From Candidatus Latescibacterota bacterium (GTDB lineage: Bacteria; Krumholzibacteriota; Krumholzibacteriia; WVZY01; JAKEHA01), in assembly GCA_963707635.1 (NCBI GenBank), contig OY970173.1, positions 1,888,001-1,952,000 on the forward strand: a stretch of 64,000 nucleotides of DNA. The letters are read 5' to 3'. This document shows, in pieces, positions 29,867-38,878 of the stretch; the stretch's first letter is position 1, and each line of letters starts with the position of its first letter. The notes under the pieces were generated by a model. The model did not search any database. It saw nothing but the letters and a program-made list of their open reading frames with translations, and was not told where the DNA came from. Made by a program: the position numbers and the translations under genes.

Positions 29867-30751
29867 ATGAACGCGAAGCGACTTGTCCTACTGGCGGTCC
29901 TGACCGCCGTCACCATCCCGATGGCGGCCACGGCGGAGATCGTGCGCCTCAAGGACGCCTCGACCCTCATCGGCCGTCTGGTGAGCGTCGAGGGCGACAG
30001 CCTCAGCTTCCGGTTGAGCATCGGCGCCACGGTTCCGCTCCACCGCGCGCAGGTGCTCTCGATCGTATTCGACGATTCGACGACGGTCCCGGCCCCGGCG
30101 CCCGGGGCGGCGCCCGCCGAAATTGTGCGCCTGCGCGACGCGTCGAGCCTCAACGGCCGCCTGGTGCGGGTCGAAGGCGACAGCCTCACCGTTCACCTCG
30201 GGGTCGGCCCCACCGTCCACCTCCACCGGTCGCAGGTGCTCGCGATCGTGTTCTACGAAACGGCCGCGCCCGTCTCCCCCGCCGTGGCGGCGGCCGAACC
30301 CGGCGCCACCGGGTCCGGCACGATCGAGGTGGCGTTCAAGGACCGTGAGCTATCCAGCAAGATCGCGATCGAGCTGAAGAAGGACTGGGATGGCCACGTG
30401 CGCGCGAATCACATCGTGGTCGAGTTCCTGGTGGACGGGGTGGTGGCCTACTCCTCCGTCGACACCACCATGGACAAGCGGATCTATCACGGACACGAGA
30501 CCGAGCTGAAGAACAGCATCAAGCTCCCCGATTTCACGGTCGCGGCACCGGCGGGGATGCGGCAGTGCAAGCTGATCGTGCGCAACCGAGGCGTCGACGA
30601 GTATCTCGAAGACTTCGACCCGGACCCGCTGAACCTGGTGCTCGCGTTCAACAATCTGGTGGTGCGCGGCGGCGAAATCACCCGCCTGGACGTGGGCCTG
30701 GCGCGGGGCAAGCTGAAGATGGGGAAGCCGCGCCTCTATCGCATCGAGTAG
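29867..30751 (+). CDS. Secreted protein with two tandem ~46-aa beta domains
   Basis: Signal peptide. AEIVRLxDASxLxGRLVxVEGDSL...LHRxQVLxIVF occurs twice with a 183-nt period. Confidence 0.75.
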   Translation: MNAKRLVLLAVLTAVTIPMAATAEIVRLKDASTLIGRLVSVEGDSLSFRLSIGATVPLHRAQVLSIVFDDSTTVPAPAPGAAPAEIVRLRDASSLNGRLVRVEGDSLTVHLGVGPTVHLHRSQVLAIVFYETAAPVSPAVAAAEPGATGSGTIEVAFKDRELSSKIAIELKKDWDGHVRANHIVVEFLVDGVVAYSSVDTTMDKRIYHGHETELKNSIKLPDFTVAAPAGMRQCKLIVRNRGVDEYLEDFDPDPLNLVLAFNNLVVRGGEITRLDVGLARGKLKMGKPRLYRIE

Positions 30752-30764
30752 TCGCGACGCGCGG

Positions 30765-31910
30765 TCATTTCGGGATGGTGTCCAGCGCGGAGCGGATGCG
30801 GGCCCGCAGCGCGCCGTCGGAGCCGGCGGCGTCGAGCGCCATTTCGAGGTAGGATCGCGCGAGCTGCGGGTTCTCCAGCTCCGCATACACCTGCCCGAGC
30901 CGGTAGAGCACCTCGGGGTTGTGGGGTGCGTGGACCAGCGCGCTCTTGAGCGCCGCCTCCGCTTCGAGGAGGTCGCCGCCGGCTTCGAGGGCGGCGCCGA
31001 GACCCAGGTAGGCTTCGGCGTAGTCGGCGCGCCGCAGCACCGCGTCGCGGTAGAGGGCGACCGCCTCCGGGTAGCGGCCGCGCGCGGCGAACGCGTCCCC
31101 CAGACACTTGCTCGCGCGCGCGTCGCGCGGCGCCAGCACCAGCGCGCTCTCCAGGATGCGCTGTGCCGAGTCGTAGTTCCCCAGCCGCACCTGACTGTCG
31201 CCGATGCCGACCATGGCCTGCACGTTGGTCGAATCCGACACGTACACCTTCTGAAACTCCGGCAGCGCGTCCGCGGGCATGTTGCGGGCGAGATAGGATT
31301 CGCCCAGCCCGATGCGACCGTACACCGAGGCGGGGTCGACTCGCAGGCCGCGCACGAAGTAGTGCGTGCCCTCCACCGGGCGGCCGGTGCGGATATAGAC
31401 CCAGCCCAGATAGAACTGCGCCATCGCGTGGTCCGGCTTGAGCGAGATAGCCTCGAGCAGCTGGTCGGCGGCCGCCTGGTATTGCCCGGTCTGCATCAGC
31501 ATCTCGCCGTAGCCCGTGTGCGCCTCGACCAGCCCGGGGTCCAGGCGCAGCGCGGTTTCGTACTCGGTGCGCGCCGGCTGCGTGCGTCCCAGCGCCTTGT
31601 AGGCCTCGGCCAGATTCACGTGGATGGTGACGTCGTTGGGGAGCATTTCCTGCGCCCGCTGAAACTCTGTGAGCGCGCGCTCGGGCTGGCCGGTCCCCAG
31701 CAGCGCCACCCCGAGGTTGACGTGCGCATCCGGGTCGGAAGCGCGCTTCGCCACCGAGCTCTCGAAGTGCTCCAGCGCCGCGGCGGTGTCGCCGCGCTCG
31801 AGTGCATCCACGCCGAGGTTGTAGTCGTCGAGCGCCGAATCGGGGCACCCCAGCGTCATCGCCAGCAAGGCGAAGGCGAGCAACGTCGAGTAGGGAAAGA
31901 AACGGTGCAT
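30765..31910 (-). CDS. TPR-repeat (lipo)protein
   Basis: Lipobox-like TLGC followed by about 10 consecutive TPR motifs. Confidence 0.88.
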   Translation of the reverse strand: MHRFFPYSTLLAFALLAMTLGCPDSALDDYNLGVDALERGDTAAALEHFESSVAKRASDPDAHVNLGVALLGTGQPERALTEFQRAQEMLPNDVTIHVNLAEAYKALGRTQPARTEYETALRLDPGLVEAHTGYGEMLMQTGQYQAAADQLLEAISLKPDHAMAQFYLGWVYIRTGRPVEGTHYFVRGLRVDPASVYGRIGLGESYLARNMPADALPEFQKVYVSDSTNVQAMVGIGDSQVRLGNYDSAQRILESALVLAPRDARASKCLGDAFAARGRYPEAVALYRDAVLRRADYAEAYLGLGAALEAGGDLLEAEAALKSALVHAPHNPEVLYRLGQVYAELENPQLARSYLEMALDAAGSDGALRARIRSALDTIPK

Positions 31911-31994
31911 GGTGTGCGGCGGACGCGTGCGGGACGCGAGCGCGGATGATAGCGAACCCGGTCCGCGCGTGTCAAAAGGAGAGCGTGAAAAATG

Positions 31995-32429
31995 TCAGCG
32001 CGCCGGGGGGGCCTGGGGGAAGGCGGTGGCGAGCGAGCACAGCTTGACGCTGCGCGTCGAGGCGTGGATCACGAAGATCTTCTCGTTGTTGCTCGACGGG
32101 TCGCCGGGAAACACGAAGAAACCGAAGCCCTGGGGCGAATAGTTGAGGGTGTACCCGAAGAGGATCTCGCCGTCGGCGAACTCCACCATGACCTTCTTGC
32201 CGTTGTTCTGGCGCGCGAAGAAGCCCTTGCGCTCGTCGTAGTCGGGGTTGCCGTTGTACTCGCGCACGAAGAACAGCGCCTTGAGCGAGGAAAGGCCGAT
32301 GTCGTGGAGGTAGGGTCCGTCGTTGAGGTGAAAGTGGGCCCGCAACGGCGAAAAATCGATCGTGGTGCCACGAGCGAGGGTGCCGTCGCGAAAGCGTACG
32401 ACCACCCGGTTCTCCAACTTGGGTGCCAT
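31995..32429 (-). CDS. DUF6982-like protein (duplicated small beta domain)
   Basis: VVVRFRDGTLARG.T.DF...LKALFFVREY.G...VEFADGEILFGYTLNY...GFFVFP.D...NN.KIFV. Confidence 0.65.
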   Translation of the reverse strand: MAPKLENRVVVRFRDGTLARGTTIDFSPLRAHFHLNDGPYLHDIGLSSLKALFFVREYNGNPDYDERKGFFARQNNGKKVMVEFADGEILFGYTLNYSPQGFGFFVFPGDPSSNNEKIFVIHASTRSVKLCSLATAFPQAPPAR

Positions 32430-32617
32430 ACGCCTCCGAGAATGCAACGGGCGTACCACGGCCGGTGGGAGGGGACGCGGGTTCCGCGCGAGTCTCTGCC
32501 CGTCCCCGGGATTACCGGTTGGGTGTCACCCGTGTGGGTCCGGGCCGCCCGCGTCGGCGCCGGGCTGCGGAAGATTCCGCGCCGGGTGGGGAAGAATCGC
32601 CAGCGACGCGTGCCCGG

Positions 32618-33382
32618 CTACGACGTCCCCGCGCTGCGGCGGAGGTTTCGCAGCAGGGGTTCGAAGAGGTCGATCGGCACCGGGAAGATGATGGTCGAGT
32701 TCTTTTCCACCGCGACCTCGGTCAGCGTCTGCAGGAACCGGAGCTGGAGCGACGCCGAGTTCTCCGAGAGCACGTCCGCCGCCTCGCGCAGCTTGGCCGC
32801 CGCCTGGAACTCGCCGTCGGCATGGATGACCTTGGAACGGCGCTCGCGTTCCGCCTCCGCCTGTTTCGCGATCGCGCGCTGCATCTCCACCGGCAGGTCG
32901 ACGTGTTTGACCTCGACCATCGAGACCTTCACCCCCCACGCATCGGTCTGCTCGTCGATGATGCGCTGGAGGCGCTGGTTGATGACCTCGCGCTCGGAGA
33001 GCAGCTGGTCGAGTTCGAATTGTCCCACCACCGAGCGCAGCGTGGTCTGCGCGAGCTGGGTGGTGGCGTAGAGGTAGTCCTCCACCTCCGTGATGGCCCG
33101 CGCGGGGTTCATCACGCGAAAGTAGACCACCGCGTTGACCTTCACCGACACGTTGTCCTTGGTAATGACGTCCTGCGGCGCCACGTCCATGGTCACCACC
33201 CGAAGCGTCACTTTCACCATCTTGTCGACGATCGGGACCAGCAGCACCAGGCCGGGCCCGCGCGCGCCGGCGAGCCGGCCGAGGCGAAATACCACGCCGC
33301 GCTCGTACTCGCGCAGGATCCGGATCGCGCTGGCTATCAGCATGAACGCGATGAAGGCGATGGCGATGAAAGAAAGTTGCAC
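32618..33382 (-). CDS. SPFH/slipin (stomatin-like) protein
   Basis: [54 protein letters not shown] before the GTG. Confidence 0.93.
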   Translation of the reverse strand: MQLSFIAIAFIAFMLIASAIRILREYERGVVFRLGRLAGARGPGLVLLVPIVDKMVKVTLRVVTMDVAPQDVITKDNVSVKVNAVVYFRVMNPARAITEVEDYLYATTQLAQTTLRSVVGQFELDQLLSEREVINQRLQRIIDEQTDAWGVKVSMVEVKHVDLPVEMQRAIAKQAEAERERRSKVIHADGEFQAAAKLREAADVLSENSASLQLRFLQTLTEVAVEKNSTIIFPVPIDLFEPLLRNLRRSAGTS

Positions 33383-33402
33383 GGGGGCCTCCTTAGGGAA
33401 CG

Positions 33403-34746
33403 TTAGGTCTTTGGTCTCACGCGCACGCGCATGCCGTCGACGTCGACCACCACGACCGCTGTCCCGGCCGCGATGGGGTCGTCGCTGTGCGCGTTCCAGA
33501 ATTCGCCGTGCACGAACACCGATCCTTCCTCGTGCACGGCCGTCTTGGCCACTCCCGCTTCTCCCACCAGGCCCTCGTTCCCGGTGGTGACCCGGCGCCG
33601 CTGGGCGCGCACGCCCATTCCCACCGCGAACAGGAAGAACAGCGCGGTGAACGCCACCGCCGGGATGATGACGGAGAGGGACACGCGCATGAACGGAAGC
33701 GGGGAATCGATGAGCATGATGGAACCGATCAGCATTGCCACCACCCCTCCGATGGCGAGGGCGCCGTGCGAGGCGATTTTCACCTCGAGAACGAAGAGCA
33801 CGATCGCGATTGCGATCAGCGCCAGCCCCGTCCAGTTGATCGGCAACATCTGCAGTGCGAAGGCCGCCGATATCAGCGCGATCGCGCCGACCACACCCGG
33901 GAGGATCGCGCCCGGATTCTGGAGCTCGAAGAAGACGCCGAAAATGCCGGCGAGCAGGAGCAGGTAGGCGATGTTCGGCTCCGAGATCCGCGCGAGGAAC
34001 CGTTCGCGAAACGAGGGCGGCGCGTCCTCGATCCGCGCGCCGGCGGTGTGCAGCGTGACCGCACCGGAATCGGTCTCGACGATCCGGCCGTCCAGGCCGC
34101 GCAGCAGTCGGTCGAGGTCGGGCGCAACCAGGTCGATGACCCGCTCCGCCAGCGCCTCTTCTGCGGTGGACGAAATGCTCTCGCGCACCACGCGCTCCGC
34201 CCAGTCCACGTTGCGTCCGCGCCGGGCGGCGATGCTGCGGGCGTACGCGGCGGCGTCGTTGGTGACCTTCTCCTCCATGACGTCGTCGGGTTCCTCGCCC
34301 GGACGGCCGCCCGGGCCGATCGAGACCGGGTGGGCGGCGCCCAGGTTGGTGCCGGGCGCCATCGCGGACACGTGCGCGGCCAGCGCGATCAACGCGCCCG
34401 CGCTGGCGGCGTGGGCGCCGCCGGGAGACACGTACGTGGCGACCGGTACGGGGCTTGCAAGAATCGCCTGGATGATGTCCCGCATGGAGGAGGAAAGACC
34501 ACCGGGGGTGTCCATGCGCAGGACGACGCAGACCGCGCCTTGCGCGCGCGCGTCCCGGAGCAGGCGCTCAACATAGAGTGCGGTGGCGGGACCGATGGCT
34601 CCGTCGATGTCGCCGACGAGAACGCTCGGCGCCGCGGCCGGCGACGGCATGGATTCCGTCTGACCGGTCGCGCGCGGCGCGAACAGCGCGACGACGACGG
34701 CGAGCCCGACGACGGGCGCGAGGAACCTGGGTGTGGGAGTGCGCAT
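33403..34746 (-). CDS. nfeD: NfeD-family membrane-bound serine protease (long form)
   Basis: [24 protein letters not shown], a TM block and a C-terminal OB fold ([10 protein letters not shown]). Adjacent to slipin. Confidence 0.92.
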   Translation of the reverse strand: MRTPTPRFLAPVVGLAVVVALFAPRATGQTESMPSPAAAPSVLVGDIDGAIGPATALYVERLLRDARAQGAVCVVLRMDTPGGLSSSMRDIIQAILASPVPVATYVSPGGAHAASAGALIALAAHVSAMAPGTNLGAAHPVSIGPGGRPGEEPDDVMEEKVTNDAAAYARSIAARRGRNVDWAERVVRESISSTAEEALAERVIDLVAPDLDRLLRGLDGRIVETDSGAVTLHTAGARIEDAPPSFRERFLARISEPNIAYLLLLAGIFGVFFELQNPGAILPGVVGAIALISAAFALQMLPINWTGLALIAIAIVLFVLEVKIASHGALAIGGVVAMLIGSIMLIDSPLPFMRVSLSVIIPAVAFTALFFLFAVGMGVRAQRRRVTTGNEGLVGEAGVAKTAVHEEGSVFVHGEFWNAHSDDPIAAGTAVVVVDVDGMRVRVRPKT

Positions 34747-34927
34747 GTTCGATGCGCCGGCGCGGAGCGACCTCGGCACACGCCGGGGCGTCGTCGCCGG
34801 CTTCGCGAACATGGTAGCGCAGCGGTGGGGGCGCGAGAAGGGCAAACCCCGCTGCGAATTGGGTTTGATCGCAGGCGCGCCCGGGTGGTAGCCTTTTTGG
34901 CAACTTCGTTGCCTCACAACGCTAGGG

Positions 34928-35467
34928 GTGAGTTCGTTCGAACACGTTCTATTGCTCAACGCGTCGTTTGAGCCGCTAAACGTAATCGGCTGGCAGCGCG
35001 CGATCAAACTGGTCGTGCTGGAAAAAGCCGAGATTGTCGAAGCGACCGATCGCCACGTGCGGTCAGTGTCCCGGCACGTGCCGGTTCCGTCGGTCGTGCG
35101 GCTTACCTGTTTCGTGCGCTTCCGCCGCCGCGAGGCCAAGTTCTCGCGCCGCAACATCTACTCCCGCGACGACCATCGCTGCCAGTATTGCGGGGAGCGC
35201 CTCACTCCCGGTGACCTGACCTGCGACCATGTGATCCCGCGCTCGCGCGGCGGCCAGACCGCATGGGCGAACATCGTGACGTGCTGCGTTCCCTGCAATC
35301 GCCGCAAGGGGGGGCGCACTCCGTCGGAAGCGGGGCTGCGTCTGATTCGGTCACCGGGACAGCCCACCTGGCTCTGGGGCGTGCAGAACCGCTTCGCCAA
35401 CCGCCGGCCGCCGAAGGCCTGGCATATCTACCTCTACATCGACCGGGAGCTCGAAGGGGTTTCCTGA
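34928..35467 (+). CDS. HNH endonuclease
   Basis: VLLLNASFEPL, PSVVRL, SRRNIYSRDDHRCQYCG, TCDHVIPRSRGG..W.NIVTCCVPCNRRKG. Confidence 0.9.
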   Translation: MSSFEHVLLLNASFEPLNVIGWQRAIKLVVLEKAEIVEATDRHVRSVSRHVPVPSVVRLTCFVRFRRREAKFSRRNIYSRDDHRCQYCGERLTPGDLTCDHVIPRSRGGQTAWANIVTCCVPCNRRKGGRTPSEAGLRLIRSPGQPTWLWGVQNRFANRRPPKAWHIYLYIDRELEGVS

Positions 35468-35508
35468 CGCCGCGCCGATCGTGCGGAGGGCGCCGGGAAG
35501 AGAGAGCT

Positions 35509-35595
35509 TGGTGCCGGAGGTCGGAATCGAACCGACATGGAGTTGCCTCCGGGGGATTTTGAGTCCCCTGCGTCTACCAGTTTCACCACTCCGGC
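35509..35595 (-). tRNA. tRNA-Leu(CAA)
   Basis: GCCGGAGTGGTGAAACTGGTAGACGCAGGGGACT-CAA-AATCCCC...GGTTCGATTCCGACCTCCGGCACCA, with a long variable arm and encoded CCA. Confidence 0.96.
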
Positions 35596-35692
35596 ACCAC
35601 CAGGAAAGTGTCATTATCTACCGCAACGGCAGGCGGTTGTCCAGACATTCCACTTGACGAAGCGGGCCGGTCTGGTAAGGTGGATCCGGTAT

Positions 35693-35768
35693 GGGGTTGT
35701 AGCTCAGCTGGGAGAGCACTTGACTGGCAGTCAAGAGGTCACGGGTTCGATCCCCGTCAACTCCACCA
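35693..35768 (+). tRNA. tRNA-Ala(GGC)
   Basis: GGGGTTGTAGCTCAGCTGGGAGAGCACTTGACT-GGC-AGTCAAG...GGTTCGATCCCCGTCAACTCCACCA, with the G3:U70 pair. Confidence 0.96.
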
Positions 35769-35789
35769 TCTTTCACTCCTCCCAGCCGA

Positions 35790-37223
35790 TTGTCGACGAA
35801 CCTCTGCATTTTCGAAGACAAGAAGTTCTCGAACTTCTTGCCGCTTTCGTTGAGTCAGCCCGTCTTCGACCTGCGCGTCGGGTACGGGACCCTGCGGACG
35901 CGGCTGGTTGACGCGCTGCCGCGCCACCGCCTCTCGCTCATCTGCCGCGACTACCTCGCCGACGTGGCGAGGATCGTGGCGGCGCCGGCGTCGGTCAACG
36001 AGACCCCGGCGGGTACCACGCTGTTCTTGAACGGCCGCCTGCTCTGTTTCGGCGACGAACGCGCCCGCCTGCTGAAACAGCTCGACGACGACACCGTCGC
36101 GGTCAAGGGAGGCTACATCGTCGCCGCGCGCCTGAACCGCGCGGCCGCGGTCGAGGTGGCCGCGTATCTGCTCAAGCGCGTCAACGACGACGCGGTCGAG
36201 CAGATGTGCGCCGCGCTGCGCGCGCAGGCGACGGGGACGGTGGAACCGGCGCGCCGGCGCAAGGCGACGACGCGAGCGTCGAACGCGGCGCAGGGCACCT
36301 ACGAAGACCTCCACGCGATCGGCCAGGACGACGTCGAAGAGAAGCTGCCGCTGGAGCTGGAGCGCGTGTTCGACGCGCGCAGCATACGGCGGGTGGAATG
36401 GCCCGAAGCGCGGCTGGTTTCGTTCCCGTGGCAGTTGATAGAGTTCAACGGCGCCGCGATCGCGGACGATTTCACGCGCATGCCGTTTCGCGGGCAGGCG
36501 GAGGACTGCGTGGTCTACCCGGGCGTCCACGTGATCGAAGCGGACAACGTGGTGATCGGGGAGAAGGCCGTCATAAGGGCCGGCGTCGTACTCGACGCGA
36601 CCGGCGGGCCCATCGTGGTCGGCGACCGGGCGGTGGTCATGCCCAACGCCTGCGTCGTGGGCCCCGCGAGCATCGGCCCCGATTCGATCGTCAAGGCGGG
36701 GGCCAAGATTCTGGAAGGCACCTCGATCGGCCCGGTGTGCAAGGTCGGCGGCGAGGTCGAGGAAACCATCCTCGGCGCCTATTCGAACAAGCAGCACGAC
36801 GGATTCATCGGCAACTCCTACCTGGGTGAGTGGGTGAACATCGGCGCGGCGTCGAACAACAGCGATCTGAAGAACAACTACAGTCCGGTCCGCATGTGGT
36901 GCGCGGGGAGCATGCGCGAGACCGGGCGCCAGTTCCTCGGGCTCCTGATGGGCGACCACACCAAGACCGGGATCAACACGCTGTTCAACACCGGCACGGT
37001 GGTCGGCTTCAACTGCAATATTTTTTCGAGCGAAATGCCCGCGAAGTTCGTTCCCAGCTTTTCGTGGGGACACGGCGAGCACATGACCGGCTACGACCTC
37101 GACAAGGCGATGAACACCGCGGCGGTGGTGATGGAGCGTCGTCGCGTCAAGTTCACCGCGGCGCACCAGCAACTGTTCCGCCGAATCCATGAAATGAGCG
37201 AGCGCGCCGGCCGCAACCTCTGA
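35790..37223 (+). CDS. GlmU-related putative sugar nucleotidyltransferase/hexapeptide transferase
   Basis: NFLPLSLSQPVFDLRVG N-terminus, a left-handed beta-helix, and KVGGEV...SNKQHDGFIGNSYLGEWVNIGA..NSDLKNNY. Confidence 0.85.
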   Translation: MSTNLCIFEDKKFSNFLPLSLSQPVFDLRVGYGTLRTRLVDALPRHRLSLICRDYLADVARIVAAPASVNETPAGTTLFLNGRLLCFGDERARLLKQLDDDTVAVKGGYIVAARLNRAAAVEVAAYLLKRVNDDAVEQMCAALRAQATGTVEPARRRKATTRASNAAQGTYEDLHAIGQDDVEEKLPLELERVFDARSIRRVEWPEARLVSFPWQLIEFNGAAIADDFTRMPFRGQAEDCVVYPGVHVIEADNVVIGEKAVIRAGVVLDATGGPIVVGDRAVVMPNACVVGPASIGPDSIVKAGAKILEGTSIGPVCKVGGEVEETILGAYSNKQHDGFIGNSYLGEWVNIGAASNNSDLKNNYSPVRMWCAGSMRETGRQFLGLLMGDHTKTGINTLFNTGTVVGFNCNIFSSEMPAKFVPSFSWGHGEHMTGYDLDKAMNTAAVVMERRRVKFTAAHQQLFRRIHEMSERAGRNL

Positions 37224-37752
37224 TCACCCGCCACCACCGCCGGGAATCCCAACACCGTGCACGCCGCGCGGCTCCCGGCCCGTCCACTCGCCGCCATCAG
37301 GAGATACCGCGCCGTGACGCGCGACGCGTCCTCACCCGAACACCGGCGTGCGTCCATCTCGTTACAGCGGAGCAGACTCCCGCTTCGTGACTCCAGACGG
37401 CTGCGCCGTGTCCCGCAGCGGCGCGCCGGCGACGAATCCGCCGCGAACGCCATCGTCGCTTGCAACCGCTTGCACGGCTTTGAGCTGCCCTTGCCAAGCC
37501 CGCGAGGCGATGCGTCGCGGGGGCGTGGCACATGCCTTGATAGGTCCAGGGTGAAAAGGCCGCTGCTTCGCCCGTGTCTTGCTTCGGCGTGGGCCCATTC
37601 CCTCAAGGACATTGCGTTTCCCGAGACCAGGCACACGGCGCGGCGGCGCCTTTTCGTTTTGCCCCCGGATCCCGCACCCGCCGCCGCCTCCGGATACTCC
37701 CACCGCGCCCAGCCGCGGGAATCGAGCCCGCCGCCGCTCTGTAAGGTCTTAT

Positions 37753-37781
37753 TTGACAGAGGTTCCGTGGTGTGATAGGTT
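37753..37781 (+). promoter_or_regulatory. Putative sigma70 promoter of the HU operon
   Basis: TTGACA-N17-TAGGTT. Confidence 0.55.
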
Positions 37782-37914
37782 GGTCGCCGATCTCATTGCC
37801 GGTGTTCGACCCCGGGGCTCCGTCGTCCAGGCGGCGACGGAAGCACCGCGGATCGGTCCGGTGGTTCGCGACGCGTTTGCGACGCAACCCATTGTTGTCA
37901 ACTGGGAGAGAACC

Positions 37915-38199
37915 ATGACGAAAGCAGACTTGGTCGAGGATATCTCGAGGGTCACCGGGCTCAACAAGAAGGACACGAGCATCATTGTCAATGAGGTGAT
38001 CAACAATATTTGCCGCGCGTTGGCCGAGGGCGACAAGGTCGAGCTGCGCGGATTCGGGAGTTTCAAGGTGAAGGAGCGCCGGGCCCGGCAGGCGCGTAAC
38101 CCGCGCACCGGCGCCGGGGTTCAGGTGCCCGCGAAGTTGGTGCCGTTCTTCAAGGCGTCCAACGAACTCAAGGCGCGTGTCAACGATTCCACCGTCTGA
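37915..38199 (+). CDS. HU/IHF-beta family DNA-binding protein
   Basis: MTKADLVE...VELRGFGSFKVKERRARQARNPRTG...PFFKASNELK. Confidence 0.93.
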   Translation: MTKADLVEDISRVTGLNKKDTSIIVNEVINNICRALAEGDKVELRGFGSFKVKERRARQARNPRTGAGVQVPAKLVPFFKASNELKARVNDSTV

Positions 38200-38224
38200 A
38201 CGCGAAGAAAGGGAGTATTCGGGA

Positions 38225-38320
38225 ATGCCTTGCGGACGCAAACGTAAACGACAGAAGATCAGGACTCACAAGCGCAAGAAACGCCTGCGCAAGAACCGCC
38301 ACAAGAAGAGATTGCGGTAG
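38225..38320 (+). CDS. Small basic AURKAIP1/COX24 (bS22/mS38-like) protein, 31 aa
   Basis: MPCGRKRKRQKIRTHKRKKRLRKNRHKKRLR*, with a GGGAG RBS. Absent from the ORF track. Confidence 0.85.
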   Translation: MPCGRKRKRQKIRTHKRKKRLRKNRHKKRLR

Positions 38321-38406
38321 TCGACGGGCGGCGGCCGGTGAATCCGGCCGCCGCCTTCGTTTGAACTCGAAGTGCGGGATTCATCCGCAGGAGGTCAAAG
38401 AGGTCG

Positions 38407-38760
38407 ATGACACGAGTCGAACGACGCTCCGCCGCCCGGTTGCCGGCGCGGCTGGCCATGGAGATCACGCTGGGTGCGGACCGCGCGCGCGCGGAAAGCC
38501 TCAACGTGAGCGCCAACGGCGTGTACTTTTCGTCCAAGGCCTACATACCGCTGCTGACGCGGCTGCGGATCACGCTCGAGCTTCCGGAGGAGCCCGGTTC
38601 GACGTCGCGGGTGGCGTGCGACGGGGTCGTGGTGCGCACCGAGCCGGAGGTGGAAACCGCGTCGGCCAGCGAGTACGAGGTCGCCTGCTACTTTACGGAT
38701 ATGTCCGACACCGACCGCGACCGCCTCGAGTCGTATATCCTTCGCCACGTACCGTTTTGA
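38407..38760 (+). CDS. PilZ domain protein
   Basis: ERRSAAR (RxxxR) and NVSANG (D/NxSxxG). Confidence 0.85.
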   Translation: MTRVERRSAARLPARLAMEITLGADRARAESLNVSANGVYFSSKAYIPLLTRLRITLELPEEPGSTSRVACDGVVVRTEPEVETASASEYEVACYFTDMSDTDRDRLESYILRHVPF

Positions 38761-38783
38761 AATATAGACGGTTGTCTCGATGG

Positions 38784-38812
38784 GTGGCCGCCCCCGGGGG
38801 TGGCCACTTTTT
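38784..38812 (+). terminator. Intrinsic terminator after pilZ
   Basis: GTGGCCGCCCC-C-GGGGGTGGCCAC hairpin followed by TTTTTGTTT. Confidence 0.75.
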
Positions 38813-38878
38813 GTTTGCCCGCGTTTTTGGCCCTGTGGTAAGCCTGTTACCACTTTCGAGCGGCCGGAGGCTATCAGG

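Noticed and set aside
35589..35599. ctccggcacca just beside tRNA-Leu, resembling an att duplication
   Set aside because: It is the complementary strand of the acceptor stem plus 4 leader bases, so it is an inverted and not a direct repeat.
34928..35768. HNH nuclease next to two tRNAs as a possible integrated element
   Set aside because: There is no integrase, no duplicated tRNA 3' end elsewhere in the window and no compositional shift. This HNH type is a common chromosomal gene.
37091..37636. 181-aa minus-strand ORF in the gap before HU
   Set aside because: It overlaps the GlmU-like gene, has no RBS or recognisable domain, and has low-complexity composition.
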